DNA from: Candidatus Falkowbacteria bacterium CG10_big_fil_rev_8_21_14_0_10_39_11
GTDB lineage: Bacteria; Patescibacteriota; Patescibacteriia; UBA11705
Length of the DNA stretch: 64,000 nucleotides
Reading direction: 5' to 3'
Assembly (NCBI GenBank): GCA_002773615.1
Contig: PFAP01000011.1
Location: 8,307-72,306, forward strand
The translations under genes were made by a program, and so were the position numbers. The notes beneath the pieces are model-generated. The model saw only the letters and a list, made by a program, of their open reading frames with translations, did no database searches and was not told where the DNA came from. This document shows positions 63,254-64,000 of the stretch, piece after piece; the stretch's first letter is position 1, and every line of letters begins with the position of its first letter.

Positions 63254-64000
63254 TTATATTATTTTTTCAACGAATTTTTGTTTCACTTCCTCCAAAACTC
63301 TTTTTGCTTCATCATAATTGGTCAAACCGGGAATTGCCGCTACCGCTTTATGACCGCCACCGCCATATTTTTTTGCAATTACCCCAACATCAATATTGGA
63401 TTCTGCGTCCCTCGTTTTTGACCAAGGATTAACACCCATTTTAATCGCAAAATTTCCGTCACGTTCAACCAGCCCCAACCAATACTTACTTTTAAGATAA
63501 ACTACTCCTGGCATATAGCGAAAAAACTCCTTGCCATAAAAATCATAGACAACCGTATCCCCTACTATTTTACTTGATGATTTAAAATCCGTAAAACTTT
63601 TCTTGACCCGTCCTCGCAAATTGATCATAATTTTTCGCACATATTTCTTTTGGGCCAAAGATTCCAATCGAAAATCAAACCAATCAGCAATACGCATTTC
63701 ATCCAAATCATGTAATATTCTTGGAATAATTGTATTATCATCTTCAATCGCTCTAGCCACCTTCAAAAATCCTCTTTTAGGCAAAATATAATCAATCGGT
63801 TTCAAACCAAATTTTGGATAATCAGCAGCATCAACAATCTCACTTTGAGTAATCAATCTCTTTACTCTTCCCAATTTTACCCCTTTTGATTCTGCCAGTT
63901 TTTCTAACAAACCGGTACACGCTTTTGCCTTTGGTTCAAAGATACAATACTGCAAACCCGATAAATCACAATCCATTTTATGAGTTTCATGATGATCAAC
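63254..64000 (-). CDS. DHH/DHHA1-family phosphoesterase (NrnA-like), partial: N-terminus lies beyond the window end
   Basis: VDHHETH (DHH motif) at the very edge (63982-64000) and GGGH (DHHA1) near the C-terminus. Confidence 0.7.
   Translation of the reverse strand, partial: VDHHETHKMDCDLSGLQYCIFEPKAKACTGLLEKLAESKGVKLGRVKRLITQSEIVDAADYPKFGLKPIDYILPKRGFLKVARAIEDDNTIIPRILHDLDEMRIADWFDFRLESLAQKKYVRKIMINLRGRVKKSFTDFKSSSKIVGDTVVYDFYGKEFFRYMPGVVYLKSKYWLGLVERDGNFAIKMGVNPWSKTRDAESNIDVGVIAKKYGGGGHKAVAAIPGLTNYDEAKRVLEEVKQKFVEKII

Noticed and set aside
1-64000. Alternative genetic code (UGA read as Gly/Trp), as in some CPR lineages
   Set aside because: hisS and other ORFs terminate at TGA, RF2 is present and intact, and nearly all confidently identified genes are complete under table 11.
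1-64000. CRISPR array / cas genes, rRNA genes, transposases, integrases
   Set aside because: Searched by eye for regularly spaced direct repeats and for characteristic protein motifs (DDE, tyrosine-recombinase RxxR...HxxR...Y); none found. The only repeat families are the GC-rich palindromes, the 85-bp duplicate and short tandem repeats.

Overview
The window is AT-rich (roughly mid-30s % GC by eye), gene-dense and dominated by small housekeeping genes, consistent with a small-genome Candidate-Phyla-Radiation-like bacterium using the standard genetic code. hisS and another gene end in TGA, and an unframeshifted RF2 gene is present. Housekeeping genes recognised: rsmA, prfB, nrdR-nrdD-nrdG, ftsA-ftsZ, ybeY-dgkA, rpsU, a gatB/yqeY-domain gene, hisS, lepB, an LCP-family gene, der, pth, dprA, folC, topA, two tandem RelA/SpoT homologs, parA-parB, guaB, scpA-scpB, a dacA-like gene, mazG, a tRNA-Leu(CAA) plus two CAT-anticodon tRNAs, and a partial DHH/DHHA1 phosphoesterase at the 3' edge. 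The most unusual content is a minus-strand cluster (19.3-31.2 kb). It encodes a 2688-aa and a 702-aa predicted cell-surface protein that share a ~130-aa N-terminal pilin-like domain, which I take to be VirB2/TrbC-type T4SS-pilin-like. The giant protein adds a Gly-rich linker, IPT/TIG-like repeats and many Myxococcus-type Cys-rich repeats. Two proteins with thrombospondin-type-3-like Ca-binding repeats follow. A third copy of the pilin-like domain sits at the C-terminus of a 197-aa Cys-rich secreted protein at 49.6 kb. Other notable items: (1) nrdD appears split, with its glycyl-radical motif encoded in a separate 61-codon ORF 88 bp downstream; (2) five tandem ~90-aa three-helix membrane proteins built from an iterated terminator-promoter cassette; (3) a dispersed GC-rich palindromic repeat family (core CCTGCCGGCAGG) in at least five intergenic copies; (4) an accessory locus (37.9-38.95 kb) where an 85-bp near-perfect direct repeat brackets a strongly acidic small protein between two alternative Cys-containing ORF tails; (5) a hypothetical gene whose long extension carries an in-frame TGA behind a strong RBS; (6) two visibly GC-elevated stretches suggestive of acquired DNA. 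No CRISPR array, rRNA, transposase or integrase was found.
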